Assembly (NCBI GenBank): GCA_038087875.1
Contig: CM075994.1
Span: forward strand, 7,132,001-7,196,000
Length of the DNA stretch: 64,000 nt
Source: Malacoraja senta
Taxonomy: Eukaryota
Direction: 5' to 3'
The notes under the pieces were generated by a model. It was not told where the DNA came from. It searched no databases and worked only from the letters and a program-made list of their open reading frames with translations. Of this stretch, positions 13,114-26,600 are shown one piece after another. The position numbers and the translations under genes were made by a program. The first letter of the stretch is position 1. Every line of letters starts with the position of its first letter.

Positions 13114-13313
13114 NNNNNNNNNNNNNNNNNNNNNNNNNNNNNNNNNNNNNNNNNNNNNNNNNNNNNNNNNNNNNNNNNNNNNNNNNNNNNNNNNNNNNNN
13201 NNNNNNNNNNNNNNNNNNNNNNNNNNNNNNNNNNNNNNNNNNNNNNNNNNNNNNNNNNNNNNNNNNNNNNNNNNNNNNNNNNNNNNNNNNNNNNNNNNNN
13301 NNNNNNNNNNNNN
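13114..13313. other. Assembly gap (200 N)
   Basis: Run of N. Its flanks map to about 50617 and about 43838 of the right arm. Confidence 0.99.
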
Positions 13314-13772
13314 TGTCCCTAGCGTGTGCAGGATAATGCTAGTATATGGGGTGATCACTGGTTGGCGGGCCGAAGGGCCCGTTTCCGCTCTGTATGTCTA
13401 AACTAAACGAAAAAATATATCCCTGTGGAGTTACTGTACACTGTACACTGTAGTGCTGTGGTCAGGATGAACCCCTGCCTTTAGCATTAAAACAACAACA
13501 CACATACAGATGGATACACCCCCTCCCCCACTGTACAGATACCCTGATACATGAGCAGAACACAAAGTGCTGGAGGAACAGGCAGCATCTGGAAATGGAC
13601 AGACGACATTTTGGTTCATAGTGTAATATAATTTTACAGCGTGGAAACAGGCCCTTCGGCCCAACTTGCCCACACCCGCTAACATGACGTTTCGGGTCGA
13701 GACCTTTTAGCTGAAGATTCCCCCACGATTCGTTTCTTTTCTATTCCAGGGAAACTAACCTGCATCACTCAC

Positions 13773-13965
13773 CGATCGAGGAAGAGACCGACTGCAGCTG
13801 TAAAGGGATTGCAGCGTTGGCGATGGGACGAATGGTCTTGCTTGGAGATCCTCCCCGACACAGAACCTCACTGGACCGACCAAAACCCCCCGGCGCTAGG
13901 AGCTGAGATGTACCGAGACTCCTTTCAGCAAACACAAGAATCGACTCCAACGCCAGCGGCGATAT
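13773..13965 (-). other. Mirror copy of the candidate 5' exon (left GTPase copy)
   Basis: Reverse complement of 43180-43371 with the same splice sites. It is 193 nt (1-nt indel), so the frame is not conserved. Confidence 0.45.
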
Positions 13966-14911
13966 CTGCAGAGAAAGGGTATTTATTCTCCAGTCATCTC
14001 CACACCAGAGATTGGAATGAATTCCGTGAAAATACACTTTAACTCTCGGTCTTAATGTGCAGAAACAATGAACAGTCTCTCATGTAGTAGGTGACCACAA
14101 ACGAGGGCGGTGCTCACCAGATGCAGCAAGCTGGCTTGTGTATAGGTTTCTTCAACTTTAAGTAACCCTTGCTTTGCCTCTCTCTCCACCCCCACCCCCC
14201 AGTTCTCTGACTAGTGCCACTATCCTTAGTGTCAACGAGATGAGGAAAACCTTTTCGCCCAGAGAATTGTGAATCTGTGGAATTCTCTGCCACAGAACGC
14301 AGTGGAGGCCAATTCACTGGATGTTTTCAAGAGTTAGAAGAAGGGTCTCGATCCGAAACGTCACCCATTCCTTATCTCTAGAGATGCTGCCTGTCCCACC
14401 GATTTACTCCAGCTTTTTGTGTCTATCTTCAGAGAGTTAGATTTAGCTCTTAGGGCTGACGGAATCAAGGGCTATGGGGAGAAAGCAGGATCGGGATACT
14501 GATTTTGGATGATCAGCCATGATCATATTGAATGGCTCGAAGGGCTGAATGGCCTACTCCTGCACATATGTTCTAGATTTCTATGTCCTTTTGATTACTT
14601 TGTGCAGGAAAGAACTGCAGAAACTGGTAAACACTGAGGATAGACACAAAATGCTGGAGTAACTCAACGGGACAGGAAGCATCTCTGGAAAGAAGGAATG
14701 GGTGATGTTTCAGGTCGAGACCCTTTTTCAGACTGAGAGTCAGGGGAGAGGGAGACACAGAGATAAGGAAGGGTAAGGTGTGAAAATTACAGATGAAGTC
14801 AGGAAGGTGGTCAGTCTGAAGAAGGGTCTCGACCCGAAACACCACCCATTCCATCTCTCCAGAGATGCTGCCTGTCCCGCTGAGTTACTCCAGCATTTTG
14901 TGCCAAACCGC

Positions 14912-15597
14912 AGTTTAGTTTAGTTTAGAGATACAGCATGGAAACAGGCCCTTCGGCCCACCGAGTCCGCACTGACCAGCGATCACCCTATACACTGACA
15001 CTATACTACACACACAAGGGACAATTTACAATTATACCAAGCCAATTAGCCTACAAATCAGTACGTTTGTTGTATCGGAGGAAACTTGAGCACCTGGAGA
15101 AAACCCACACAGATGACGGGGAGAATGTAGAAACTCCGTACAGACAGCACCTGTAGTCAGGATTGAACCTGAGTCTCTGGCGCTGTGAGGCAGCAATTCT
15201 ACCGCTGCGCCACCGTGCCGCACAGTTGCGTGGGTTTAGTCACCCTCCACGCCCACAGTAATCGGTCGAGACTCAAGTTTCTTTCCTCGTCAGTTTTTTT
15301 GGAGCACTGTGGCGCAGAGGTAGGGTTGCTGCCTCACAGCGCCAGAGACCTGGGTTCAATCCTGACTACAGGTGCTGTCTGTACGGAGTTTGTACGTTCT
15401 CTCCGTGACCGCATGGGGTTTCACTGAGATCTTCAGTCTCCTCCCACACTCCAAAGACCTTCAAGTTTGTAGATTAGGCTTGGCATAAATATAAATTGCC
15501 CCTTGTGTGTGTAGCGTGGTGTTTATGTGCGTGGATCGCTGGTCGGTGCGCTCGGTGGGCTGAAGGGCCTGTTTCCGCGCTGTATGTCTAAACTGAA
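14912..15597. mobile_element. Head-to-head pair of HE1-type SINEs
   Basis: Minus copy 14912-15220 and plus copy 15305-15597. Confidence 0.85.
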
Positions 15598-17598
15598 AAA
15601 AAACCTCAACACAGGAAGGAAACTAGCAGTGGTTTGAGCTAACATGAAGCCACAGAGTTCAGAAATTGCAGTTAAAAATAGACAGTGGATGTTGGAACAA
15701 AATATAGACATAGATGAGTTAGATAGAGCTCTTAAAGATAGTGGAGTCAAGGGATATGGGGAGAAGGCAAGAACGGGGTACTGATTGTGGATGATCAGCC
15801 ATGATCACAGTGAATGCCGCTGCTGGCTAGAAGGGCCTAATGGCCTACTCCTGCACCTATTGTCTATTGTCTATAAACAAACTGCTGGAGGAAGTCTGCA
15901 GGAAGGAACTGCAGCTGCAGGTTTACACCAAAGATAGACACAAACTTACCGAATGGTGAACGGCCTGAATAGAGTGGATGTAGAGAGGATGTTTCCACTA
16001 GTGGGAGAGTCTAGGACCTCACTAAAGAATGTTCCTTTAGGAAGATGAGGAGGAATTTCTTTAGTCAGAGGGTGGTGAAACTGTGGAATTCATTGCCTCA
16101 GAGGGCTGTGGAGGCCGTCAATGGATATTTTTAAGGCAGAGATAGATAGATTTTCAGTTTGTATGCGTGCCAGAGGTTATGGGGAGAAGGCAGGAGAATG
16201 GGGTTAGGAGGGAGATAGATCAACCATGATTGAATGGCGATGGACCGAATGGCCTGATTCTGCTCCTAGTACTTATGAACATTAAAATACTGGGAACTTT
16301 GCAGGTCGGGCAGCATCTCTGGAGCCATTGAGTCATATAGCATGGAAACAGGCCCTTCGGCCTAAGTTGCTCCCACCAGCCAACATGTCCCATCTACTGG
16401 GCCTGTACTCGAGTGTAGAAGGATGAGGGGGCACCTCATGGAAACATACTGAAAGGCCTGGATAGAGTAAATATTTACAGGATGTTTCCACTAGCGGGAG
16501 AGTCTAGGACCAGAGGGCACAGCCTCAGAATAAAAGGGCGTACCTGCAGAAATGGAGATGAGGAGGAACTTCTATAGCCAGAGGGTGGAATTTTATTGCC
16601 ACAGACGGCAATGGAGGCCAAGTCAATTGGGTATTTTTACAACAGAGGTTGATAGTTTCTTAATTAGTTACTGCATCAAAGATTATGGGGAGAAGGCAGG
16701 AGAATAGGGTTGTGAGGGAAAAATAGATCAGCCATGTTTGAATGGCGGAGCAGACTCGATGGGCCAAATGGCCATGTTCTGCTCCTATGTCTTATGAACA
16801 TAAGACTTCTTAAAATGATTTTCAACTTAGATTTACTGGGCTAGATATTTTCATTTAGTGAGAGGTGACGGTAATTAACAGTACAGTCCAAAATGCTTAT
16901 CACTACTCTGTTTTTAAACACGACAGTAAAACAAACAAACATGGGACTAAAGCCAAGGAAAATAGTATCGACCATTGTTAACTCGGGGACGTTGGCAACG
17001 AGGCATACAAACATAAAATTTAATCAGGAGGAGAGTAAAACTGGTTGGAGAACTGGGAAGGGAGAGGGATGGAGAGAGAGGGAAAGCAAGGTTTAATTGA
17101 AGTTAGAGAAGTCAATGTTCATACCACTGGGGTGTAGCTGCCCAAGCGAAACATGAGGTGCTATTCCTCCAATTTGCATTTGGGCTCACTCTGACAGTGG
17201 AGGAGGCCCAGGACAGAGAGATCAGTGTGGGAATGGGAGGGGGAGTTAAAGTGATTAGCAACTAGGAGATCACGTAGGTCCAGGTGGACTGAGCAAAGGT
17301 TTTCAGCGAAATGATCGACCAGTCTACGTTTGTTCTCGCCAATGTAAGTTTCTCAGTCTGGAGAAGGGTCTCGACCCGAAACGTCACCTATTTATTTTCT
17401 CCATAGATGCTGCCTGACCTGCTGAGTTACTCCAGGTTTTTGTGTCTATTTTCATTGAAGAATAATCATGTACAGCAAGGTGAACAAGTTTTATTTAATA
17501 ACTTTATTAAATGTGGCAAAGATCTTAAGGATGAAAGTACATGTGATTAGAGTAAACAATAAATGTTAAAATCATCTCAAATAAAAGTTTTCTTTAGA

Positions 17599-17890
17599 CA
17601 TTTAGAGATACAGCGTGGAAACAGGCCCTTCGGCCCACCGAGTCCATGCCACCCCGCACACTAACACTACTCTACACACTGGGGATAATTTACAAATTTT
17701 TACCAAAGCCAATTAACCTGCAAACCTGTACGTCTGTGTAGTGTGGAAGGAAACCGGAGCACCCGGAGAAAACCCACGCAGGTCATGGGGAGAACGTACA
17801 AACTCCGTACAGACAGCACCCGAGGTAAGGATCAAACTTAGGTCTCCGGCGCTGTGAGGCAGCAATGCTACCGCTGCGCCACCTTGCCAC
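17599..17890 (-). mobile_element. HE1-type SINE (mirrored at 40285-40575, +)
   Basis: Consensus match. Confidence 0.85.
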
Positions 17891-17966
17891 ACTCGGTAAG
17901 CAAGTCCCAAAACTACCGCAATTAATGACGTTGTTTGGCTCCGTAAATCTGAACCCAGCCCTTTAT

Positions 17967-18186
17967 GGTTGAGAAACTCAGCGGGTGTGGCAGCATCTAT
18001 GGAGCGAAGGAAATAGGCAACGTTTTGGGCCGAAACCCTTCTTCAGACTGCTGGAGTCTAAAGAAGGGTTTTGGCCCAAAACGTTGCCTATTTCCTTCGC
18101 TCCTTAGATGCTGCCGCACCCGCTGAGTTTCTCAACCAATTTTGTCTACCTTCGATTCTCCAGCATCTGCAGTTCCTTCTTGAACA
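17967..18186. mobile_element. Penelope pLTR with inverted partial pLTR (hairpin), left-arm specific
   Basis: 17967-18049 pairs with 18055-18138. Empty site at about 40205. Confidence 0.75.
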
Positions 18187-19238
18187 TGTTCAATCCATGG
18201 ACTGGAACCCAGTTCTGAGCACTTCTTATTAATGACACCCCTCCCTCCTAGTGAAAGGCAGAGGGTGGATGTGGAGAGGATGTTTCCCCTGGTGGCAGAG
18301 TCTAGGAGCAGAGGTCACAGTCTCAGAATTAAAGGGCGCTCTTTTAGAAAAGAGGTGAGGAGGGTGGTTAACCTGTGGAACTCATTGCCACAGAGGGCTC
18401 TGGAGGGCAAGTCAGTGGATAGTTTTAAGGCAGAGACAGACACATTCTTGATTAGAACGGGTGTCAAGGTTTATGGGGAGAAGGCAGGAAAATGGGACTT
18501 AGGAGGCAAAGATCAGCTATGAATGAATGGTGGAGTGGACTCGATGGGCTGAATGGCCTAATTCTATTCCTACAACTTGTGAACTTCCCTCCCTCCCTCC
18601 AACTTTGAAGCGAGTCTTGAACAAAACAACAAAGTGCAGGAAGAACGCAGCGGGTCAGGCAGCATCTGCGGAGGCAAAAAGGACGGTAAGAATTTCATTT
18701 TGTTCCATTTCGGGACCTTTGACAATAAAACACTCTTGACGGCCGACATTTTGTGTCGCGACCCTTCTTCAGACTGATAGAAAAGCATGGAGAAAGGTCC
18801 CGAACCAAAACATCATCTGTCCGATTCCACAGATGCCAGCTGACCCGCTGAGTTCCTCCAGCACTTTGTGTTTAGCGCAAGATTCCAGCATCTGCAGTTT
18901 CCTGCTGAGGTGCTACAAGGCGCTGGTCAGGCCGCATTTGGAGCATTGTGAGCAGTTTTAGGCCCCATATCTGAAGGATGTGCTGGCCAGTGATGGAAAT
19001 GGGTTTTAGGAACTAGGGGTACCCTAAGGTCCGTGAGGCTGAGGTTGGGATGGAAGGGTGGGGGAATTTTTTTAATGTGCGGTCATACCCATGTATTACT
19101 ACAAGAATGTATAACTTGTTTATTGTGTATTTCTAATACAGTTTATTGTGTATTATATGTTATAGCTGCTTTCTTGCATCTCTCTCTCTCTGTGTTGACT
19201 CTAGCCATCGTCTGCTTCGGTGACGGAAGCAGGTCGGT

Positions 19239-19585
19239 GATTGGTCACAACGCCCATCTGAGACAGTGATTGGCCGCCGAGTGACCAACGCATTATGTGA
19301 TTGGACACATTGCCCTTGGAGACAGCGGCTGATTGGATGGGGGAGTCCGATTTGTTGATTGGACGGTAATTTTAAGGGAAGCTGGTCGGAGATTGGACAC
19401 ATCGCCCCTCAGAGACTGTGTCTGATTGGCCACCGAGTGACCAGCGCATTATGTGATTGGATACAATGCCCTTGTAGACAGCGGCTGATTGGACGGGAGG
19501 AGACCGATTTGCTGATTGGATGGGAATTTTAAGGGAAGCTGACCGGTGATTGGAAGCAACCCCCTTAGAGACAGCGGTTGATTGG
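19239..19585 (-). promoter_or_regulatory. Array of 12 phased CCAAT boxes (GATTGG on +)
   Basis: GATTGG at 19239, 19268, 19299, 19331, 19357, 19391, 19424, 19455, 19487, 19514, 19548 and 19580 (26-34 bp spacing). Function not shown. Confidence 0.6.
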
Positions 19586-19984
19586 CCGCCAAATAATCGG
19601 GCACAAAAAATTGACAAATAGAAAAAAATCTGCACTTCCAGAGTAGTCTATCATGTTGTTTCTTCAGCGGACCACAGATTTATTTTAAGAGCTAAACATA
19701 AAGTGCTGGAGAACTCAGCAGGCCAGGCTGGATCTATGGAGGGTCCGAAGAAGGGTCTCGACCCAAAACGTCACCTATTCCTTCTCTCCAGAAATGCTGC
19801 CTGACCCGCTGAGTTACTCCAGCATTTTGTGTCTATCTATGGAGGGAATGGCTAGGCAACATTTAGGGTCGGGTACCTTCTTCAGACATTTTTTAAGGGG
19901 TTGGGAAAGATCGAAAAGTTCATGTATTTAAATATGTTGTTACGAATATAACTAATAGTGTGGAAGAAAATTCCATCAGCCATA

Positions 19985-21968
19985 AGTCAAGTCAAGTCAA
20001 GTGAGTTTATTGTCATGTGTCCCTGGTAGGACAATGAAATTCTTGCTTTGCTTGAGCACAACAGAACATAGTAGGCATTTACTACAAGACATTCTATAAA
20101 TATATACACAATGGTCAATATACTGATAAAATGCAAATAACAGTATTGGCTAGTAAAGTTCAGTGTTATGTCCGAGCCAGGTTTAATAGCCTGATGGCTG
20201 TGGGGAAGTAGCTGTTCCTGAACCTGGTCGTTGCAGTCTTCAGGCTCCTGTACCTTCTACCTGAAGGTAGTAGGGAGATGAGTGTGTGGCCAGGATGGTG
20301 TCGGTCCTTGATGATGCTACCAGCCTTTTTGAGGCAGCGACTGTGGTAGATCCCCTCGATGGAAGGGAGGTCAGAGCCGATGATGGACTGGGCAGTGTTT
20401 ACTACTTTTTGTAGTCTTTTCCTCTCCAGGGCACTCAAGTTGCCGAACCAAGCCACGATGCAACCGGTCAGCATGCTGTCTACTGTGCACCTGTAGAAGT
20501 TAGAGAGAGTCCTCCTTGACAAACCAACTCTCCGTAATCTTCTCAGGAAGTAGAGGCGCTGATGTGCTTTCTTAATAATGGCATCATTATTCTCGGACCA
20601 GGAAAGATCTTCAGAGATGTGCACGCCCAGGAATTTGAAGCTCTTGACCCTTTCAACCATCGACCCGTTGATATAAACGGGACTGTGGGTCCCCATCCTA
20701 CACCTTCCAAAGTCCACAATCAGTTCCTTGGTTTTGCTGGTGTTGAGGGCCAGGTTGTTGTGCTGGCACCATATGGACACTTGCTCGATCTCTCTTCTAT
20801 ACTCTGACTCATCACCATCAGTGATACGTCCCACAACAGTGGTGTCATCAGCGAACTTGATGATGGAGTTCGCACTATGTCCGGCTACGCAGTCATGAGT
20901 ATAGAGTGAGTACAGCAGGGGACTGAGCACGCAGCCTTGAGGTGCTCCCGTGCTAATTATTATCGAGTCTGACACATTTCCACCAATACGAACAGACTGT
21001 GGTCTGAGAGTGAGGAAGTCGAGGATCCAATTGCAGAGGGATGCGCAGACCCAGTTCTGCGAGTTTGGTAACCAGCTTGGACGGATGATTGTGTTAAATG
21101 CCGAGCTGTAATCGATGAATAACAGCCTGACATATGAGTTTTTGTTGTCCAAGTGGTCCAGAGCGGAGTGGAGGGCCAGCGAGATCGCATCCACCGTTGA
21201 TCTGTTGTGGCGGTAAGCGAACTGCAGTGGGTCCAGGTTTTTGTCGAGGTAGGAGTTGATCTGCGTGATGATCAACCTCTCAAAGCACTTCATCACCACA
21301 GGCGTTAGTGCCACAGGTCGATAGTCATTGAGGCACGTTACCTTACTCTTCTTGGGCACTGGTATAATTGATGCCCTTTTGAAGCAGGTGGGGACCTCAG
21401 ACCTCAGAAGTGAGAGGTTGAAAATGTCTGTAAAAACTCCAGCCAGTTGGTCCGCACAGGTTTTTAGAACGCGACCAGGTATACCATCAGGTCCAGGCGC
21501 TTTTCGAGGGTTCACCCCTCTGAAGGATTTCCTGACGTCGGCCTCTGTGACTGAGACTGAAATACCATCACAGCGAATGGGGGCTCGGCAAGGCACATCG
21601 GTGTTCTCCCTATCAAAGCGTGCGTAAAGCGCATTGAGCTCATCAGGGAGTGATGTTTCGCCGACATTCGAGCTGCCTCCTGATTTCGCCTTGTAAGAGG
21701 TGATTGCATTCAGGCCCTGCCACAGCCGCCGAACATCAGTCTCTTCCTCCAGTTTGGAGCAGAAGTCCCTTTTGGCCTTTTTGATGGCCTTACCAAGGTC
21801 GTATCTGGACTCCTTGTAGGCCACTGTATCATCAGACATGAATGCCCGGTGTCTGGACTTCAGAAGAGTGCGGATCTCAAAGTTCATCCAAGGTTTCTGA
21901 TTGGGAAACGCTCGGAAGGTTTTGGTGGGGATGCAGTCCTCCACACACTTCTTAATTAAGTCTGTAAC
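19985..21968 (-). mobile_element. 5'-truncated Rex1/Babar LINE, near-intact RT ORF
   Basis: ORF 20166-22007: [41 protein letters not shown]. (CTTGA)n tail. Inserted in hAT copy 2, with the empty site at about 46025. Confidence 0.93.
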
Positions 21969-22392
21969 TGCCACATACATACCCAAAAGTAGAAATGTAC
22001 CAATCAAACGCCAAATTCAAAATTCTATATTTTGAAAATGGGCAAAGCAAAAAGTAGCATGTTCTCTAGAAAGGCTTATCCTAAAATAATTGTTCGGAAG
22101 GGTGTGATTTTCAGTCAGGACATCTGTATCATTCAGTCAGTGAGCTCGCGGTCCAGAGCCCTTCTCTATTACCCCCCTACATAAAAACAAAGTGTCAATG
22201 TCTCTTCAAGGTCTACTAATCCACCCGTAGTTTCAGTTGCAGGTACAGCTGAAGGGATTTGGCTCTCGGGCAGCGCTATGGATTAGTGCTACGTGGATCT
22301 TGGACAAGCAGCAATCAAAGAGAAGCAGGGAGAAGAGCTAATTGGCTGAAACCCGTGGGAAGGGTGAGTCAGAGGGGAAAAACAGTTTTAAA

Positions 22393-23648
22393 AGATTCAC
22401 GATTCAAGCGGGTTTATTGTCATTACAGCTGTATACACAGTACACAGTGGAATGAGATAGCGTTTCCCTAGAACCTCGGTGCTACATAGAACACAATTGG
22501 TCAACATGCTACATATATAGATATACTACATTATACACATGGTGCTAAACCTTCCTTACTAAAGTGCAACAAAGTAAACAGAAAATGTACAAAACAGCAA
22601 CGCAGGACAGTAGACAACAGTGCAACCGAGTGCAATGTACACAAACCAAGTGTGCCCAGGGTGCAGTGCAGAGTTTACATAGCAGCAGAGATGGGGGGGG
22701 GGTGTACTCAGATCAGTCCCTGAGCGTTGAGGAGTCGGATGTCCTGGGGCAAGTAGCTGTTGCATAGTCTGGATGTGAGAGACCGTATCCTTTGGTACCT
22801 TCTGCCAGATGGGAGGGGGATAAAAGTTTATGTGAGGGGTGGGTGGGGTCCTCCACAATGCTGGTTGCTTTGCGGATGCAGCGTGTGGTGTAGATGTCTG
22901 AGATGGGGGGGAGAGAGACTCCGATGATCTTTTTGGATGTCCTCACTACTCGCTGCAGGTTCTTGCAGTCCATGCTGGTGCAGTTTCCAAACCAGGCAGT
23001 GATGCAGCTGCTCAGGATGGTCTCTATAGTCCCTCTGTAGAATGTGATGAGGATGGGGGGCGGGAGGTGGGCTTTCCTCAGCTTCCTCAGGAAGTGGAGA
23101 CGCTGCTGGGCTTTCTTCACAGTGGAGCCAGTGTGGAGGTACCAGGTTAAGTTTTCCGCCAGGTGGACACCAAGGAATTTAGTGTTCTTCACGATCTCCA
23201 CTGGGGAGCAGTCGATGTCCAGTGGCACATGGTCCCTCTGTGCTCTCCTAAAGTCAACAACCATCTCTTTGGTTTTGTCTACGTTCAGAGACAGGTTGTT
23301 GACTTTGCACCAAGTTGTCAGTTGTTTCACCTCCTCTCTGTATGCTGACTCGTCGTTCTTGTTGATGAGACCCACCACGGTCGTGTCATCGCCGAACTTG
23401 ATGCGATTCGAGCTGTGCAGTCATGAGTCAGCAGTGTGAACAGAAGTGGACTGAGCACACAGCCTTGGGGGGGGGGGGGGGGGGGGGCTGTGCTCAGTGT
23501 GGTGGTGCTGGAGGTGTTGCTCCCAATCCGAACTGTCTGGGGTCTCTCCATCAGGAAGTCCAGGATCCAGTTGCAGAGGGAGGTGTTCAGGCCCGACAGG
23601 CTCAGCTTCCTGGTCAGGTGCTGGGTGATGATAGTATTGATTGCTGAA
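22393..23648 (-). mobile_element. Rex1/Babar LINE 3' fragment
   Basis: [42 protein letters not shown]. Confidence 0.88.
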
Positions 23649-23669
23649 AGAGTGCCAAAAAGCCAGTAT

Positions 23670-26600
23670 TAGCCCAGTGCTTACGTGGATCTTGGACAAG
23701 CAGCAATCAAAGAGAAGCAGGGAGAAGAGCTAATTGGCTGAAACCCGTGGGAAAGGTGAGTAAGTCACAGGGGAAAAACATTTTAAAACTGAGGAATTGT
23801 AAATTAGGCATTTTATCAGTCAATATAAGCAAGGCTGCTCTAGGGGAGCGGCAGTGAGGGAGCGGCCTTGTGAGTAAAGTGTGAGACTTTGGCTCGAGAG
23901 TTTTCAGCAAGGAGGCTGAGGAGAGGAGGCTTTGCAAAAAGTTGGAGAGGACAGGACGCAGTGAACACATGACAGGACAGATGAGATAGTGTGATTCTTG
24001 CAGGATGTGGGAGGCCAGGGTCACGGATGGAGCCTCTGGCTGCTCCAACTGTGGCAAGTGCGTCCAGCTTCAACTCCTGAAGGACCATGTTGGGGCACTC
24101 GAGAAGCAGCTGGATGACTTCAGGGCCATCCGGTAAAATGAGAGTTTCCTAGACAGGACCTACAGTGAGGTTGTCACGCCGAGGATACGGGAAGAAGGAA
24201 GGTGTGTGACGGAGGGAAAGGGTGGTAATCGTGGAATGCAGGAGACCCAGGTGGCTGTGCCTAATGAAAACAGGTACTCCCTCTTGGGAACTGTCGGGGG
24301 AGACGATGTTTCCAGTCTGAGCGGCGGACACGTCAGTGGCTCCAATCCTAGAGATGGGACTCAACCGGCGAGACAAACGTCGGGCAGACCCATAGTGGTG
24401 GGTGACTCCATTGTCCGAGGAGCAGACAGGAGATTCTGTGGTGGCAGACGAGACGCGAGGATGGTCTGTTGCCTTCCTGGTGCCAGGGTTCAGGATGTCA
24501 CGAGACAAATTCAGAACATCCTCGAGAGAGAAGGTGAACAGCCGTCAGTAGTTGTGCACATAGGAACAAATGACATCGGGAAGAAGAGCAGAGAGTTGGG
24601 ATGAAGACTGAAAGGCAGGACTTCTTGGGTAGTTATCTCTAGATTGCTTCCAGTACCTCGTGCTAGTGAGGACAGGAACATAGAGATAGGGGATCTGAAT
24701 GTGTGGCTGAGGGGCTGGTGCAGGGAGCAAGGATTTAGATTTATAGACCACTGGGATCTCTTCTGGGGTAGGGGTGACCTGTACAAAAGGGACGGGTTAC
24801 ACCTTAACTGGAAGGGGACCGACATTCTGGCAGACAGGTTTGCTAGAGCTACACGTGTGGGTTTAAACTAAATAGTGGGGGGGAGGGATTGACAAATTGG
24901 GAGTATAAAGATGGAGTTGATGGGGAAGTGGCTACACAAGAAATTACAAAAGATTCTTGAATTAATGGGAAGGAAAGTTCTAGAAGGGATAAGAGAGTAA
25001 GGTCAGGGCCAATTGCAAGCGGTGCGAGGAGGGACGTGAATACGGAGGTCAAAGTGTTGTATATGAATGCACAAAGTATAAGAAATAAAGTGGACAAGCT
25101 TGAGGCTCAGTTAGAAACTGGCAAGTATGATGTTGTGGGAATTACAGAGACATGGCTGCAAGAGGGCCAGGGCTGGGAATTGAATATTCAAGGATATACC
25201 TCCTATCGAAAAGACAGACAGGTGGGCAGAGGGGGTGGGGTAGCTCTGTTGATGAGGAACGAAATTGCAAGGGGTGACATTGAAACAGGAGATGCGGAGT
25301 CAGTATGGATAGAACTAAGGAATTGTAAGGGTGAAAAGACCCTAATGGGACTTATCTACAGGCCCCCAAACAGTAGCCAGGACGTAGGATGCAAGTTGAA
25401 TCAGGAGTTAAAATTGGCATGTAGCAAAAGTAATGCTGTGGTTGTTATGGGAGATTTCAACATGTACGTAGACAGGGAAAATCAGGTTGGTACTGGACCC
25501 CAAGAAAGGAACTTTGTAGAGTGCCTTCGTGGTGGATTCCTAGAGCAGCTTGTATTGGAGCCTACCAGGGAGAAGGCAATTCTGGATTTAGTGTTATGTG
25601 ATGAACCGGATTTGATAAAGGAACTTGAGGTTAATGAGCCATTAGGAGGTAGTGACCATAAAATGGTCAGGTTTAATGTACAATTGGAGAGGGAGAAGGG
25701 TAGATCGGAGGTGTCAGTGTTACAGTTGAATAAAGGGGACTATGGGGCCATGAGGGAGGAGCTGGCCAAAGTTGACTGGAAAGATACACTAGCAGGGATG
25801 ACAGTGGAACAAAAATGGTAGGTATTTCTCGGAATAATACAGAAAGTGCAGGATCCGTTCATTCCTAGGAGGAAGAAAGATTCCAAGGGGAGTAAGGGGC
25901 GACCGTGGCTGAGAAGGGTCGTCAGGGACAGTATAAAAATAAAAGAGAAGTACAACGTAGCAAAGATGAGCGGGAAGCAAGAGGATTGGGTAATGTTTAA
26001 AAATCAACAGAATATAACTAAAAAGACAAAATGGGGAGAAATGATGAGGTACGAAGGTAAGCTAGCCAAGAATATAAAGCAGGATAGTAAAAGCTTCTTT
26101 AAGTATGTGAAAAGGAAAAAATTAGTTAAGACCAAAGTTGGACAGTTAAAGACCGAAAAAGGTGAATTTATTATGGGGAACAAGGAAATGGCAGATGAGA
26201 TGAACAGGTACTTTTGGATCTGTCTTCACTAAGGATGACACAAACAATCTTCCTGATATAGTAGTGGCCAGAGGATCTGGGGTGACGGAGGAACTGAAGG
26301 AAATCCACATTAGGCAGGAAATGGTGTTGGGTAGACGGATGGGACTGAAGGCTGATAAATCCCCAGGGCCTGATGGTCTGCATCCCAGGGTACTTAAAGA
26401 AGTGGCTCTAGAAATCGTGGATGCATTGGTGATAATTTTCCAATGTTCTATGGACTCAGGATCAGTCCTGTGGATTGGAGGGTAGCTAATGTTATCCAAC
26501 TTTTTAAGAAAGGCTGGAGAGAAAAAACAGGGAATTATAGACCAGTTAGCCTGACATCGGTGGTGGGGAAGATGCTGGAGTCAATTATAAATGATGAAAT

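Larger units (their letters stand above)
4715..19640 (-). repeat. Left arm of giant inverted segmental duplication
   Basis: Collinear reverse-complement matches of unique sequence: 4720-4790/59930-60010, 5660-5870/59270-59480, 7630-8150/54645-55150, 11365-13113/50617-52360, 13314-14230/42900-43838, 16800-16940/41540-41700, 17450-17600/40570-40730, 18590-18836/39396-39655. Confidence 0.95.
18988..22292 (+). mobile_element. Second copy of the same hAT element, right end missing, interrupted by a Rex1 LINE
   Basis: Starts with the same TIR (CAGTGATGGAAATGGG) in a different flank and is collinear with 45069-46972. Confidence 0.85.

Noticed and set aside
12383..13401. Plus-strand ORFs of 169 and 287 aa (and 50611-51347 minus-strand ORFs)
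   Set aside because: Antisense shadows of the GTPase CDS; one reads through Ns.
19239..19585. CRISPR-like repeat-spacer pattern
   Set aside because: The constant part is only about 6-8 bp, spacers are related by tandem duplication, and it lies within a eukaryotic hAT element.
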